From an uncultured Pseudomonadales bacterium (lineage in GTDB: Bacteria; Patescibacteriota; Microgenomatia; UBA1400; PJMF01): a stretch of 64,000 bases of DNA. The notes below the pieces were generated by a model, which was not told the origin of the DNA, made no database searches, and was given only the letters and a program-made list of their open reading frames with translations. Both the position numbers and the translations under genes were made by a program. Location of the stretch: positions 23,026 through 87,025 of the forward strand of contig CAZBEW010000003.1 of assembly GCA_964491115.1 (NCBI GenBank), read 5' to 3'. This document shows, piece by piece, positions 10,556 to 19,690 of the stretch (within the stretch, counting starts at the first letter, position 1; each line of letters starts with the position of its first letter).

Positions 10556-11261
10556 TTTTTAGCATGATTAGCTTGTTGCAGTTTTCTTTTAAATATTGAA
10601 GGTTGTGACTAACTAACAAAAGTGTTGCTCCATTAGCAAACATTTCCTTCATTAATCGATTGGTTTTTTTTCTAAAATTTTCGTCACCCATGCTAATTAC
10701 TTCGTCCAATAATAGAATATCTGGCTCGGCGTGAACAGCAATACTAAAACCTAAGCGCAAGCGCATACCACTGGAATAAGTGTACAAGGGTGCAGTAATA
10801 AAATCGCCAATATCGGCAAAATCAATAATCTGCTTGAGTTTTTGTTCAATTTCTGTTTTTGACATACCCACAATTAGGCCATTTAAAAATATATTTTCTT
10901 GGCCAGTTAAGTCGGGGTGAAAACCAGCATCTAGGCTAATGAGAGAAACAATTTTACCTTTTGTTTGAACCGTCCCACTGGTTGGCTCACAAATACCGGC
11001 AATAATTTTCAACAAAGTGGTTTTGCCAGCTCCATTAGGCCCATAAAAGCCCACTTTTTCTCCCTTATGAATTGTTAAATTCACATCTTTGAGTGCCCAA
11101 AATTCTTCTTTTTTTTGGAAATGTATCATTCGACTCACATCTTCTGCAAGAGTCGGTTTTTCATGGGTGATGGTATATTTTTTGCTAATATTAGATAAAG
11201 AAATTACCACCTCATCGCTGATTTTTTTTCTTCGAATAATTGTTTCTGTTATTATTGTCAT
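10548..11261 (-). CDS. ABC transporter ATP-binding protein (Wzt/TagH-like polysaccharide exporter)
   Basis: Walker A 'GPNGAGKTT', signature 'YSSGMRLRL', Walker B 'ILLLDEV'. Confidence 0.85.
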   Translation of the reverse strand: MTIITETIIRRKKISDEVVISLSNISKKYTITHEKPTLAEDVSRMIHFQKKEEFWALKDVNLTIHKGEKVGFYGPNGAGKTTLLKIIAGICEPTSGTVQTKGKIVSLISLDAGFHPDLTGQENIFLNGLIVGMSKTEIEQKLKQIIDFADIGDFITAPLYTYSSGMRLRLGFSIAVHAEPDILLLDEVISMGDENFRKKTNRLMKEMFANGATLLLVSHNLQYLKENCNKLIMLKNE

Positions 11262-11273
11262 TTGAATCCAAAA

Positions 11274-12128
11274 TTATAGCCAATCGTCAAAGTTTTTACT
11301 TTCTTTTTTAAATACTCGCAGACCCAAATAAAAAACACAAATAATGATCACAACCGCTACCCAAATAAAGTTTGGCAAAGTTATAGGCAAACCCATCAGC
11401 GCATAATGGAACATCTCAATAATAGCTGTCATTGGATTTAAATAGAAAAGCGGTTGTAAAAATTCTGGCAATAAATTTAGTGCATAAACTACTGGTGTCG
11501 CATAAAACCACAGCATGACAGCCAGGGCCACCATAAAATTAACATCGCGAAAGCGCACATTGAGGGAAGAAGTAAATAAAGAAAAACCAACGGTAAAAAA
11601 AACTAATAATAATATGGCTGGTATTACCCACAGCATTCTCAACACGTAAAACAGCAATTGCATTAACCCATAACCCTCCAGCAATAACTTATCGCCAATT
11701 AGCACCACAATTAACAAAAGCAGGGCTACTGCAAAATGAAAAAGATTGGAAAAAATAATTGATAAGACAATGCTTTCTCTGGGAAATTTGGCCTTTTTAA
11801 TTAGACTTCCTTCATAAAAAAAAGCTGGAGTGGTTTTTGTTAAACTTTGCGCAAAAAAATTCCAAGGTAAAAGTCCAGCAAATAAATATAAAAAATAATT
11901 ATCAACCTTGACCGGCACAAAAAATTGGAAAACAAAACCCATCACCAACATTTGTAATAATGGATTTAACACAACCCATAAAAAACCAAAACTAGCCCTT
12001 TTATATCGAGCCTTAATTTCCTTTTGGGTCATGGCAGACAAAAAATCCAACCAATGGCGCTGTTTTTTGCTTAACTTCATAAACAATTTAATTGCTCTTT
12101 TTCTCTTAAAACACTCAAATAATAACAT
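11274..12128 (-). CDS. ABC-2 type transporter permease (Wzm/TagG-like)
   Basis: 6 TM; N-terminal 'KEIKARYKRASFGFLWVVLNPLL' is typical of ABC-2 polysaccharide/teichoic acid export permeases; adjacent to the ATPase. Confidence 0.7.
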   Translation of the reverse strand: MLLFECFKRKRAIKLFMKLSKKQRHWLDFLSAMTQKEIKARYKRASFGFLWVVLNPLLQMLVMGFVFQFFVPVKVDNYFLYLFAGLLPWNFFAQSLTKTTPAFFYEGSLIKKAKFPRESIVLSIIFSNLFHFAVALLLLIVVLIGDKLLLEGYGLMQLLFYVLRMLWVIPAILLLVFFTVGFSLFTSSLNVRFRDVNFMVALAVMLWFYATPVVYALNLLPEFLQPLFYLNPMTAIIEMFHYALMGLPITLPNFIWVAVVIIICVFYLGLRVFKKESKNFDDWL

Positions 12129-12174
12129 AAAAAAACATTAAGACTATCTTTAATTAACTTTTTCGATAAAATAT

Positions 12175-12867
12175 TTGCATATTACCGGGCTTATCCACAA
12201 TGAGCAGCAGCAAATGAAAAATTACAACTTTATTCATCATAGTTTTAAGGGTTTTTTGAAATCCTTTATCGATCTAATTTTAGCTTTAGTCGTTTTATGT
12301 GTTTTGTTGCCTTTTTTCATTATTTTTTGGCCAATTATGATTTGGCAAATTGGTTCACCAATTATTTTTAAACAAAAAAGAACTGGAAAAAATGGAAAAG
12401 TTTTTACCATTTATAAATTTCGTACTATGGTAAAAAATGCAGAATTAATCCGCGCAAAAAATCGGGCTAAGCTTTCTAAATTAAATTATGCCCCACTACC
12501 AATGTTTAAAATTGGTGACGATCCGCGTTTTATTAAATTTGGCAAATTCTTATCTCGCAGCGGTTTAGACGAACTTCCGCAGCTAATTAACATTATTAAA
12601 GGAGAAATGTCCTTAATTGGACCGAGACCGTTACCAGTTGCTGAAGCTAATTCTTTAAAAGATATTGATTACGACTGGTATACTTGGAGACATCAAGTTA
12701 AACCCGGTTTATTCTCACTGTGGGTTTTAGATGATAAAAGACATCAAGATCTGAAAACCTGGAAAAAATTAGAAAGAGAAACGTTAAAACTTAATCTGAT
12801 TCAGCAATATTTATTAATTTTTAAAGTAATTTTTTTACAATTACAAAGAATTTTGCAATTTAATTAA
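12175..12867 (+). CDS. Undecaprenyl-phosphate sugar phosphotransferase (bacterial sugar transferase, WbaP/WcaJ C-terminal-domain type)
   Basis: 'KFRTM...DELPQLINIIKGEMSLIGPRPL' canonical Bac_transf motif; N-terminal TM. Confidence 0.8.
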   Translation: MHITGLIHNEQQQMKNYNFIHHSFKGFLKSFIDLILALVVLCVLLPFFIIFWPIMIWQIGSPIIFKQKRTGKNGKVFTIYKFRTMVKNAELIRAKNRAKLSKLNYAPLPMFKIGDDPRFIKFGKFLSRSGLDELPQLINIIKGEMSLIGPRPLPVAEANSLKDIDYDWYTWRHQVKPGLFSLWVLDDKRHQDLKTWKKLERETLKLNLIQQYLLIFKVIFLQLQRILQFN

Positions 12868-12989
12868 TCATTTTTAAAAATAAACAAAAATAAATACCGT
12901 ATCTTTACAATTAATTGCTACTTGCCTAAGATAGTAAAAATGTATTATGCTTAATTATTAGCAATTTGTGATTGTGTATTTAATAACAT

Positions 12990-14303
12990 ATGTCTGATCT
13001 AAGCAACTTTCTACCCAAAAACCATCTAAAAACTCCAGCAGAAGATGAAATGATCAAACCCATTAGTTCTCTAAATATACCCAAGAATGATCTTCCTCAG
13101 AATTCTACAGTGGGTGGAGGTGCTGGCAATTTAGCAAATAATGATTTAGTAGCAAACAGCGCTTCTTCAGATAATAAGCTTGCAGAAACAAACACTGCTG
13201 GAGAAAAAAATGGAGGAAAAGCTACAAAAAAATTCCAAATAAAATCAGCATCCAAGAAAAAAAATATCCTTCTATTGTTGGCATTACTGTTTCTTTTGGT
13301 CGGCAGTGGAGCTGGCTTACTGTTAATGAGACAGCGTCAAGATACGAGGCAAGAAGCTTACCTAATCTCTATAACTCCAAGCCCCTCTCCTCGTACAACC
13401 CAGCCTCCTGGCGGAGGTGGTTTTTGTGGCCCAAGTGCTTATGGCACTTATTGTGAGGCTTGTCGTACTCGTCCAGGCGGTTGCACAGAAGATGAGCGCT
13501 GGTATGGAAACTGTGTTCTAATTTATTGCCCTAATGGCAATCCAACTGGACAAGGTTGTCATGAAAATGATCCTGATGCATATTGGAAATTTGGTACTTG
13601 TACTAGTTTGCTAAGCGAAGCACGCAACAATCCAGAAGTGCCTGGTTGTTGGCAAGTAGACACTGTTGATAAGAAAAATGTATATTGTCATGTGATGGGC
13701 TGTACAAGTTATGAGCACGATTTAAGTAGATGTGGCAAAACAACACCAACACCACCAACCGTGCCACCAACAGCAATCCCGCCAACAACGATACCACCGA
13801 CCAGGCCACCAACACCAGGAGTTTCAACAACGGTGCAACCGACTGTAACGCCAACAGTGGTGCCTACCAGGCCACCAACACCAGGAGTTTCAACAACGGT
13901 GCCACCAACTGTAACACCAACAACAGTGCCTCCAACAGTAACCGGGACACTGGCTCCAACATCAACTGGTACTCCTGCACCTACAACTGAGCCAACAAAA
14001 GATCCAACATCTGTTCCAAGCACTCCTACACCAATAATTACGCAAGTGATTACTACTGTTGGCTGTAATGAAGCCTGTAAAGAAAACGCCGACTGTGCCA
14101 ATATCAGTCACATTTGTTATGAGGGTTTTTGTCGCCTAGATGTAAACCCAACTGACGTTAATTGTCGACTAGCTGATGGTGGCAATGTTATAGAAAGAGC
14201 TGTAACTGTGCCAACCGAATCTGGTTTTGCCGACTGGTTTAACTTCATTAAAGTTGGCTTTGGCATTCTTGGCTTAGGAGCTTTATTACTACTGCTTCTA
14301 TAA
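12990..14303 (+). CDS. Surface protein: N-terminal TM, 14-Cys domain, Pro/Thr-rich repeat linker, second Cys-rich domain, C-terminal hydrophobic anchor
   Basis: 'ILLLLALLFLLVGSGAGLLL' near the N-terminus; Cys-rich 'CGPSAYGTYCEACRTRPGGC...'; long 'TPTPPTVPPT...' tract; C-terminal 'ILGLGALLLLLL'. Confidence 0.55.
   Translation: MSDLSNFLPKNHLKTPAEDEMIKPISSLNIPKNDLPQNSTVGGGAGNLANNDLVANSASSDNKLAETNTAGEKNGGKATKKFQIKSASKKKNILLLLALLFLLVGSGAGLLLMRQRQDTRQEAYLISITPSPSPRTTQPPGGGGFCGPSAYGTYCEACRTRPGGCTEDERWYGNCVLIYCPNGNPTGQGCHENDPDAYWKFGTCTSLLSEARNNPEVPGCWQVDTVDKKNVYCHVMGCTSYEHDLSRCGKTTPTPPTVPPTAIPPTTIPPTRPPTPGVSTTVQPTVTPTVVPTRPPTPGVSTTVPPTVTPTTVPPTVTGTLAPTSTGTPAPTTEPTKDPTSVPSTPTPIITQVITTVGCNEACKENADCANISHICYEGFCRLDVNPTDVNCRLADGGNVIERAVTVPTESGFADWFNFIKVGFGILGLGALLLLLL
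13800..13931 (+). repeat. Two tandem copies of a 66-nt (22-aa PTRPPTPGVSTTV.PTVTPT..) unit inside a longer Pro/Thr low-complexity tract (about 13738-14040)
   Basis: Direct nucleotide comparison: 'accaggccaccaacaccaggagtttcaacaacggtgc...' recurs with period 66 at 13800 and 13866. Confidence 0.8.
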
Positions 14304-14408
14304 TCTATAAATTGCTGCTTTTATCTTTTATAGAAAAGAAAGCTTTATAGTTTATAGAAAATTGGCAAATAAGTTTTCTCCAGTTGTTTGCTATAATGCA
14401 TATCAAGC

Positions 14409-14485
14409 GCGTGTGTAGCTCAATCGGTTAGAGCTCCAAGCTTATACCTTGGCGGTTTTAGGTTCGAGTCCTAACACACGCACCA
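14409..14485 (+). tRNA. tRNA-Ile with anticodon UAU (encoded CCA end)
   Basis: Manual fold: acceptor GCGTGTG/CACACGC, D-stem GCTC/GAGC, anticodon stem CCAAG/CTTGG with loop CTTATAC (anticodon TAT at 14443-14445), T-stem TTAGG/CCTAA with TTCGAGT loop, discriminator A, CCA. Confidence 0.8.
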
Positions 14486-14487
14486 TT

Positions 14488-14937
14488 ATGAAATTGCTGT
14501 CCAATTTTTTTAAAATATTGTTGGTTTGTGTGCTTTTATTAGTGCTAAGTCTTTTTCTTTATCAAAAAGGTTGGCTCAAAAGTCATCCCCTACAGGATCA
14601 ACTTGCCCAATTTCAGGAGGGAAAGATAAAAAGCCCTGCTGATTTCATTAATTCGTTTAAGAAACAAGACGAACTCAACTTAGAATTGGATCAATTAAGC
14701 AGCAACGCTGGCGAGCAAATTAAGATTACCACTCAAAAAGCTATTGAAGCGGGAAAAGTCGCCCAAGAATTTATTGCTGGATCAATTAAAACTGATGAAT
14801 CATCAGATAAAAACTTAGGAGAAAAAGCTTTTGAATATGGCCAATATGTTTATTGCAGAGCTGTTGTAGATGATTGGGAGCAACAACTTGAGAAAAATAA
14901 CTCTACAACTGAGACACAAGATGCTGAGACACAATGA
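14488..14937 (+). CDS. Hypothetical membrane-anchored protein
   Basis: ORF-track start 14449 overlaps the tRNA; the first ATG after the tRNA (14488) gives 'MKLLSNFFKILLVCVLLLVLSLFLY' as N-terminal TM. Confidence 0.45.
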   Translation: MKLLSNFFKILLVCVLLLVLSLFLYQKGWLKSHPLQDQLAQFQEGKIKSPADFINSFKKQDELNLELDQLSSNAGEQIKITTQKAIEAGKVAQEFIAGSIKTDESSDKNLGEKAFEYGQYVYCRAVVDDWEQQLEKNNSTTETQDAETQ

Positions 14938-14940
14938 GCA

Positions 14941-15741
14941 TTAACGAATACTCGTCCCCACACAGTCTCGATTTGTCAGTGCCCAATATAAATTGTCTTG
15001 CAACATCCCAGAGATGATCATTGATTCAATGCCCTTTTTTGCAAGATTTAATGATTCTTCAATTTTTAAACCCATGCCTCCAGTGACATCAAAACCTCTG
15101 GTGCGATGCAAATCTTGACTAACTTTGGTCCAATTTTGGGCAGTAATTTCTGGCACGATTTGGCCAGTTTTATCTAAAAATCCAGCCACTTCAGTGACGT
15201 GGATAATTTTATTTACCTGAATTTTTTGTTCTAAAAAATAGGGAGCAAGAAAAGCTAAAATTTCTTCAGTCGACCAAATAGTGCAACCCTGCTCTTTGTC
15301 AACTAAAACATCGCCACAAGTAACCGGTAATAAGCCTTTTCGTAAATATTCATTAATCACCTCGGCACAAAAAGCAGCCTTTTTCCTTTTCTTAGTGACA
15401 ATGGTATTACTAGCATAAAAAGAGACAGCAGGTAAATTATGTTTGAGAAATTCATGAACCACCAAACGATTGAGAGTGGCAGCGCTATCTTGGACAATGG
15501 CCATACCCAATAAGCTTTCTTCATTGATAAAACCAGCCATCGTTTGATATTTACTAGCAGGCACATGAGCAAAACTGCCTTGACCATGCCCAACAAGCAA
15601 TAATTGATCTGGGTTTTCCTGTTTAGCGCGAGCAATTTCTCCAACCAAGCGTGTTAGAATGTTTTTTCTCAGCGACATGGGAATTTCTTTATCAGTAATT
15701 ACCGAGCCGCCAAGTTTAATTAGAGTCAAATTTTTTAGCAC
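14941..15741 (-). CDS. ipk: Isopentenyl phosphate kinase (amino-acid kinase fold)
   Basis: 'LIKLGGSVITDK' (identical core to archaeal IPK 'LKIGGSVITDK'), 'VGHGQGSFAH' (HGGGSFGH), 'DVTGGMGLK', C-terminal 'VGTSIR'. Confidence 0.85.
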   Translation of the reverse strand: MLKNLTLIKLGGSVITDKEIPMSLRKNILTRLVGEIARAKQENPDQLLLVGHGQGSFAHVPASKYQTMAGFINEESLLGMAIVQDSAATLNRLVVHEFLKHNLPAVSFYASNTIVTKKRKKAAFCAEVINEYLRKGLLPVTCGDVLVDKEQGCTIWSTEEILAFLAPYFLEQKIQVNKIIHVTEVAGFLDKTGQIVPEITAQNWTKVSQDLHRTRGFDVTGGMGLKIEESLNLAKKGIESMIISGMLQDNLYWALTNRDCVGTSIR

Positions 15742-15758
15742 TGCTACCTTTTTTTAAA

Positions 15759-16655
15759 TTAGTTAAGTAATTTAGTATCTTGATAATAGTTGGTCACTTC
15801 TTCTTGAGGAATTTTTCCTTCTTCTGCTAAAAAAAGCAGTGCTGCTGGTAAGAAATCTAAAACAGCCAAGGTGGCTTTACGAATTTCCCTTTGATCTATT
15901 TCTGACAAATCCTGAAATGAATAAAGTCGCCAGCCTTCTCGTTCGATTTTTGCCAAATCGCCCTCATCAATTAAAATCGCTAGCACAAAAACCATAAAAT
16001 CATACAAGGCCTTGTTTTGCTTATTTTCGCCGATTGGCCGAATTTGTTCGATATTAAATGAAGATTTAGAAAATAAATGCACTTTGTCTTCTAAATCCGC
16101 AACCGATAAACCTGGAACTTCCTCTTCCATTTCTCTCAACATACTCAAGTATAAAGCATTAACAAAAGCTGGTGGCAAATCCCTAAAATCTAGTGAAGCA
16201 TAATTTTCACTGTTATGTAAAAAATCCAACACCACTGTAGATTCTCCATTGTCAACTTTTCCGGTGACAGTATTGATGCCAGTTGGTTTTGTAAAAATAT
16301 CTCGGCCAAAATTTATTGAGCTAGGATCAATCCAAGAATTTTGACTGTTTTTGTCTTCAGGAAAAATCACTCTTTCTCGTTTTTTACTGTCATCATCGGA
16401 TAAATTACTTTCAACATCGTCAAACAATAATATTTTTAAACCCGTTTCGGTGGCAACAAAAGTGAGTGCACCAACACCTACTGCTTTGGAGCGAAAAGCA
16501 AGCTCTTCTTTCATTGAAGAATTGCAGGCTGTGCAGACAGGGCGATCTGGTGGAAATATTTTTGCACCACAAACAGGACAAACGGCTAATTTTAACTCGC
16601 CTTCACTATTGCCATAGCGCGTTTTTTGCAAGCGCCAGTGTCTTGGAACTTCCAT
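15759..16655 (-). CDS. Hypothetical protein with N-terminal zinc ribbon (CPVCG...CTACN)
   Basis: Four-Cys ribbon at the N-terminus; rest unassignable by eye; lies between ipk and the polyprenyl synthase. Confidence 0.35.
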   Translation of the reverse strand: MEVPRHWRLQKTRYGNSEGELKLAVCPVCGAKIFPPDRPVCTACNSSMKEELAFRSKAVGVGALTFVATETGLKILLFDDVESNLSDDDSKKRERVIFPEDKNSQNSWIDPSSINFGRDIFTKPTGINTVTGKVDNGESTVVLDFLHNSENYASLDFRDLPPAFVNALYLSMLREMEEEVPGLSVADLEDKVHLFSKSSFNIEQIRPIGENKQNKALYDFMVFVLAILIDEGDLAKIEREGWRLYSFQDLSEIDQREIRKATLAVLDFLPAALLFLAEEGKIPQEEVTNYYQDTKLLN

Positions 16656-16731
16656 GATAATTCATTAGTCGGAATTCTGTCAGAAATCACGCAAATTTAG
16701 TTAATTTGCGCTTTCATAGTATGATATCTAC

Positions 16732-17838
16732 ATGACTAAACATGACCTTGTTCTTGACGAATATAAAAGCCACATCGCACAGTATTTAACTCATTTTTTA
16801 GCCCAAAAGAAGCAATCTTTTGCCCAAATTAGCCTAGACGACGATGTTTTCAAGACTATTAAAAATTTTGCTTTACGAGGAAAAATGGCTCGAGCCCACT
16901 TATTAATTCTGACTTATCAAGCATTTGGCAACAAAATTGACAAAAAATCCTTGGAAAAATGGCTTTTGCCACTGGCTAGTGCTCTAGAACTGATTCAAGC
17001 TGGTTTATTAATTCACGACGATATTATTGACCAAGATCAACAGCGTCGAGGTCAAGACTCCATTTGGCAATATTACACTTTACAAAAACAGCCAGCTGAC
17101 CAGCATTATGGAAAAAGTCAGGCTATCTGTTTAGGAGATTTGTGTTTTTTTCTTGCGAATCAACTAGTCAATGAGGGCGTGGTGAATTTGCAATTGATGA
17201 CAAATTCAAAAAAAACTTCAGCACTTGATTCTGTATCCATAAAAATTCAAGAATTAATTAATCGGGAAATTAGTCAAGTAATCATGGCCGAAATGCTTGA
17301 TGTGCAATTGGCTGCCGAAGACAAAGTGCCTTCGCTACAGCAAATCACCGAAATGAATCTTTATAAAACCGCTAGATACAGTTTTTCACTGCCTTTCATG
17401 CTGGCTGCTTATGCCGCAAGACAAAGCCATGCAAACATCGAGCAACTAAGCAAAATCGGCGAAAAACTTGGTTTAATTTTTCAAATTCAGGATGATTATT
17501 TGGGAATTTTTGGAGATGAAAAAATTACTGGTAAACCAATCCTTTCTGATGTTAGAGAAGGAAAAAAAACAATCTTTTACTATTATTTAGTGAAAAGCAA
17601 AAAGTTGAACGCTCATGAAAAGAAACTATTAGACCGCTGTTTTGGCGCAGCTTCTATCAATAAAAAAAATGTGGTGGCAGTGCAAGCAATGTTTCAAGTT
17701 CACGCCCTTAATCAAGTTACGAGCTTGCTTGATCAACTAAAGCAAGAAACCATTAAAGATATTGAGCAATTGGAGAATCAAGACTTACAAATATTACTAA
17801 CAAAGCTTTTAAACACGCTCCAGCACCGTCAGAAGTGA
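16732..17838 (+). CDS. Polyprenyl diphosphate synthase (FPP/GGPP synthase family)
   Basis: First Asp-rich motif 'LIHDDIIDQDQQRRGQ', second 'FQIQDDYLGIFGDEKITGKP'. Confidence 0.8.
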   Translation: MTKHDLVLDEYKSHIAQYLTHFLAQKKQSFAQISLDDDVFKTIKNFALRGKMARAHLLILTYQAFGNKIDKKSLEKWLLPLASALELIQAGLLIHDDIIDQDQQRRGQDSIWQYYTLQKQPADQHYGKSQAICLGDLCFFLANQLVNEGVVNLQLMTNSKKTSALDSVSIKIQELINREISQVIMAEMLDVQLAAEDKVPSLQQITEMNLYKTARYSFSLPFMLAAYAARQSHANIEQLSKIGEKLGLIFQIQDDYLGIFGDEKITGKPILSDVREGKKTIFYYYLVKSKKLNAHEKKLLDRCFGAASINKKNVVAVQAMFQVHALNQVTSLLDQLKQETIKDIEQLENQDLQILLTKLLNTLQHRQK

Positions 17839-17847
17839 TAAAAACGG

Positions 17848-19080
17848 TCAGACCTTTGGATCTTGATGCTCTTTAACCAGCAAGGTTAGCAAAACACCAA
17901 CAGCCGCAATCACAAATAGACTTATCCAGGCTTCACCAAAAAAATAGAATAAGAAAAACACTGCAGACCAAAACAGAACCGCAGCGGCACTAGTAATCAT
18001 CTGTCGATAAGTAAAATAGGATAAGCCCTCACGGCCCTTGCCTCTCACCACCCAAACACGATCAAAAAACAACCAGTGAAAACTAGAGGTGATTCGATCA
18101 AAAGTGTTGACCAGCACCACTGACCAAAAACCAGTGATAAAACTTCTAATGATCCAAAAAAAAGATAAAACTCCAGCAGAAACCACAAAAGGTTTACGAC
18201 TCTTGTTCTTATCAATGACATTGCCCACCACATAACTAATAATCATCGCTAATAACAAAGAAGAACTATACAAAAGACCAACCTTCGTGCTGGTGCCTAA
18301 TAATATAAAAATATAGAGTGGCCACAACACCAACATGCCATTGTTAAAATATTGACCAGCAAAAGTCAGACCCAGGCGTCTGAATCCAGGTTCAGACATC
18401 CATGTTGCAAATTCTTGCCAAGAAATTTTGTCTCGAATCTTAACGCCGTCCATTAAAATTGTAAAAATCAAGGCAATAACTATTAAGACCAAACCCAATA
18501 AAAATAAATTACTATAACCTAGACTAGAAATAATCACCCCACCTAAAGCTGGAGAAATCATAGTTACCAGATTAAGTAAAAAATTAACAGTTCCTAAATT
18601 GCTTCCAACTCGACGATGATCGCTATTGCGACTTAAAGAATAATAATAACTACTCCAAAAATAATTAATTTGCACACCCTCAAATAGAACGGCTAATAAA
18701 GCCCAATAGGGATTTTTCTGAGAGAAAAATAAAAGAACTGTAAATACAGCGTACAAAATTTGCCCCATGATAAAAGAGTGCTTAGTACCACGTTTAATCG
18801 TGCGATTGGCTACCCAAATTGAAGAAACAAAACTGGCCAAATAACAAAGGAGATGTAAGATGGCAATGTTAAAAATACCAATTTGTAATGCCGTAAACGG
18901 TGTTTGTCCATTTTTAATTAAGCTCCAATTAATGTTATCCCAGAAGGGAAAATGCAGATTAAAATAATAAATTGGCAAATAAAACATCACCAATTTATTT
19001 ACCAACTCCCTCATGAGACGAATAATATACAGACTCTTTAAATCAGAGTTGTTTTGAAAAGAGAACTTGGGCAGTTTCAT
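17848..19080 (-). CDS. Polytopic membrane transporter (MFS-like, about 12 TM)
   Basis: Hydropathy pattern only. Confidence 0.35.
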   Translation of the reverse strand: MKLPKFSFQNNSDLKSLYIIRLMRELVNKLVMFYLPIYYFNLHFPFWDNINWSLIKNGQTPFTALQIGIFNIAILHLLCYLASFVSSIWVANRTIKRGTKHSFIMGQILYAVFTVLLFFSQKNPYWALLAVLFEGVQINYFWSSYYYSLSRNSDHRRVGSNLGTVNFLLNLVTMISPALGGVIISSLGYSNLFLLGLVLIVIALIFTILMDGVKIRDKISWQEFATWMSEPGFRRLGLTFAGQYFNNGMLVLWPLYIFILLGTSTKVGLLYSSSLLLAMIISYVVGNVIDKNKSRKPFVVSAGVLSFFWIIRSFITGFWSVVLVNTFDRITSSFHWLFFDRVWVVRGKGREGLSYFTYRQMITSAAAVLFWSAVFFLFYFFGEAWISLFVIAAVGVLLTLLVKEHQDPKV

Positions 19081-19086
19081 AAATAA

Positions 19087-19638
19087 TTAAGCTTTAGCCC
19101 CCAACACTAGTTCCTGTAAAAGCTCTGTTATGGTTTTATGTAAAATTTGCTGTTCTTCTTTTGACATGGTTTGCAAGACATAGTCGGCTGCCGGCACAGT
19201 TCTCAGACCAGCTCTTGCATCTATTCCCAAGCGTAAATGCCAAAACTCTTTGCTGCCTAAATGCTGATAAATTGATTGTAAGCCATGATGATCTTTTGGA
19301 CCAATGCCTTTCTGAAATTTAAAAGATCCCAGCGCTAAATCTAAATCATCGTGAATAACAATTAAATCTTCAGGCCCAAGCAAAGAGCCTTGCAAATCAA
19401 TTTTTAGATAATCAAAAAAAGCTCTAATGGCTTGACCAGAATTATTCATAAAAGTTTGTGGTTTAATTAAAAAAATATCATCTCTTTTACTTGCTATATC
19501 AGCATTAATTTTCTTTTCATATTTGAAAGTTAAAGCCAGCGCTTCAGCCAAAGCATCAACAAACATAAAGCCAGCGTTGTGTCTTGTGTGTTGATACTGT
19601 TTTCCAGGATTGCCTAAGCCAAGATAAATTTTCATCAA
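19087..19638 (-). CDS. pth: Peptidyl-tRNA hydrolase
   Basis: 'MKIYLGLGNPGKQYQHTRHNAGFMFVD' canonical Pth N-terminus; 183 aa. Confidence 0.9.
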   Translation of the reverse strand: MMKIYLGLGNPGKQYQHTRHNAGFMFVDALAEALALTFKYEKKINADIASKRDDIFLIKPQTFMNNSGQAIRAFFDYLKIDLQGSLLGPEDLIVIHDDLDLALGSFKFQKGIGPKDHHGLQSIYQHLGSKEFWHLRLGIDARAGLRTVPAADYVLQTMSKEEQQILHKTITELLQELVLGAKA

Positions 19639-19690
19639 TCTTATTTTAACATTTTATTATCCTTAAAACTTATGCTTTATAATGTAATTC

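Noticed and set aside
13709-14101. 130-aa Gly/Val/Thr-rich ORF on minus strand and 86-aa Asn/Thr-rich ORF (13730-13990) on plus strand
   Set aside because: Antisense or alternative-frame read-through of the Pro/Thr repeat region of the 12990-14303 gene; low-complexity artefacts.
14449-14487. Track ORF start at 14449 for the 162-aa protein
   Set aside because: Overlaps the tRNA-Ile gene; first ATG after the tRNA 3' end (14488) is used instead.
15759-16655. Nudix box in the Zn-ribbon protein ('LREMEEEVPGL')
   Set aside because: Spacing of the Glu/Gly residues does not fit GX5EX7REUXEEXGU; a genuine Nudix-fold IDI is present elsewhere (31547-32206).
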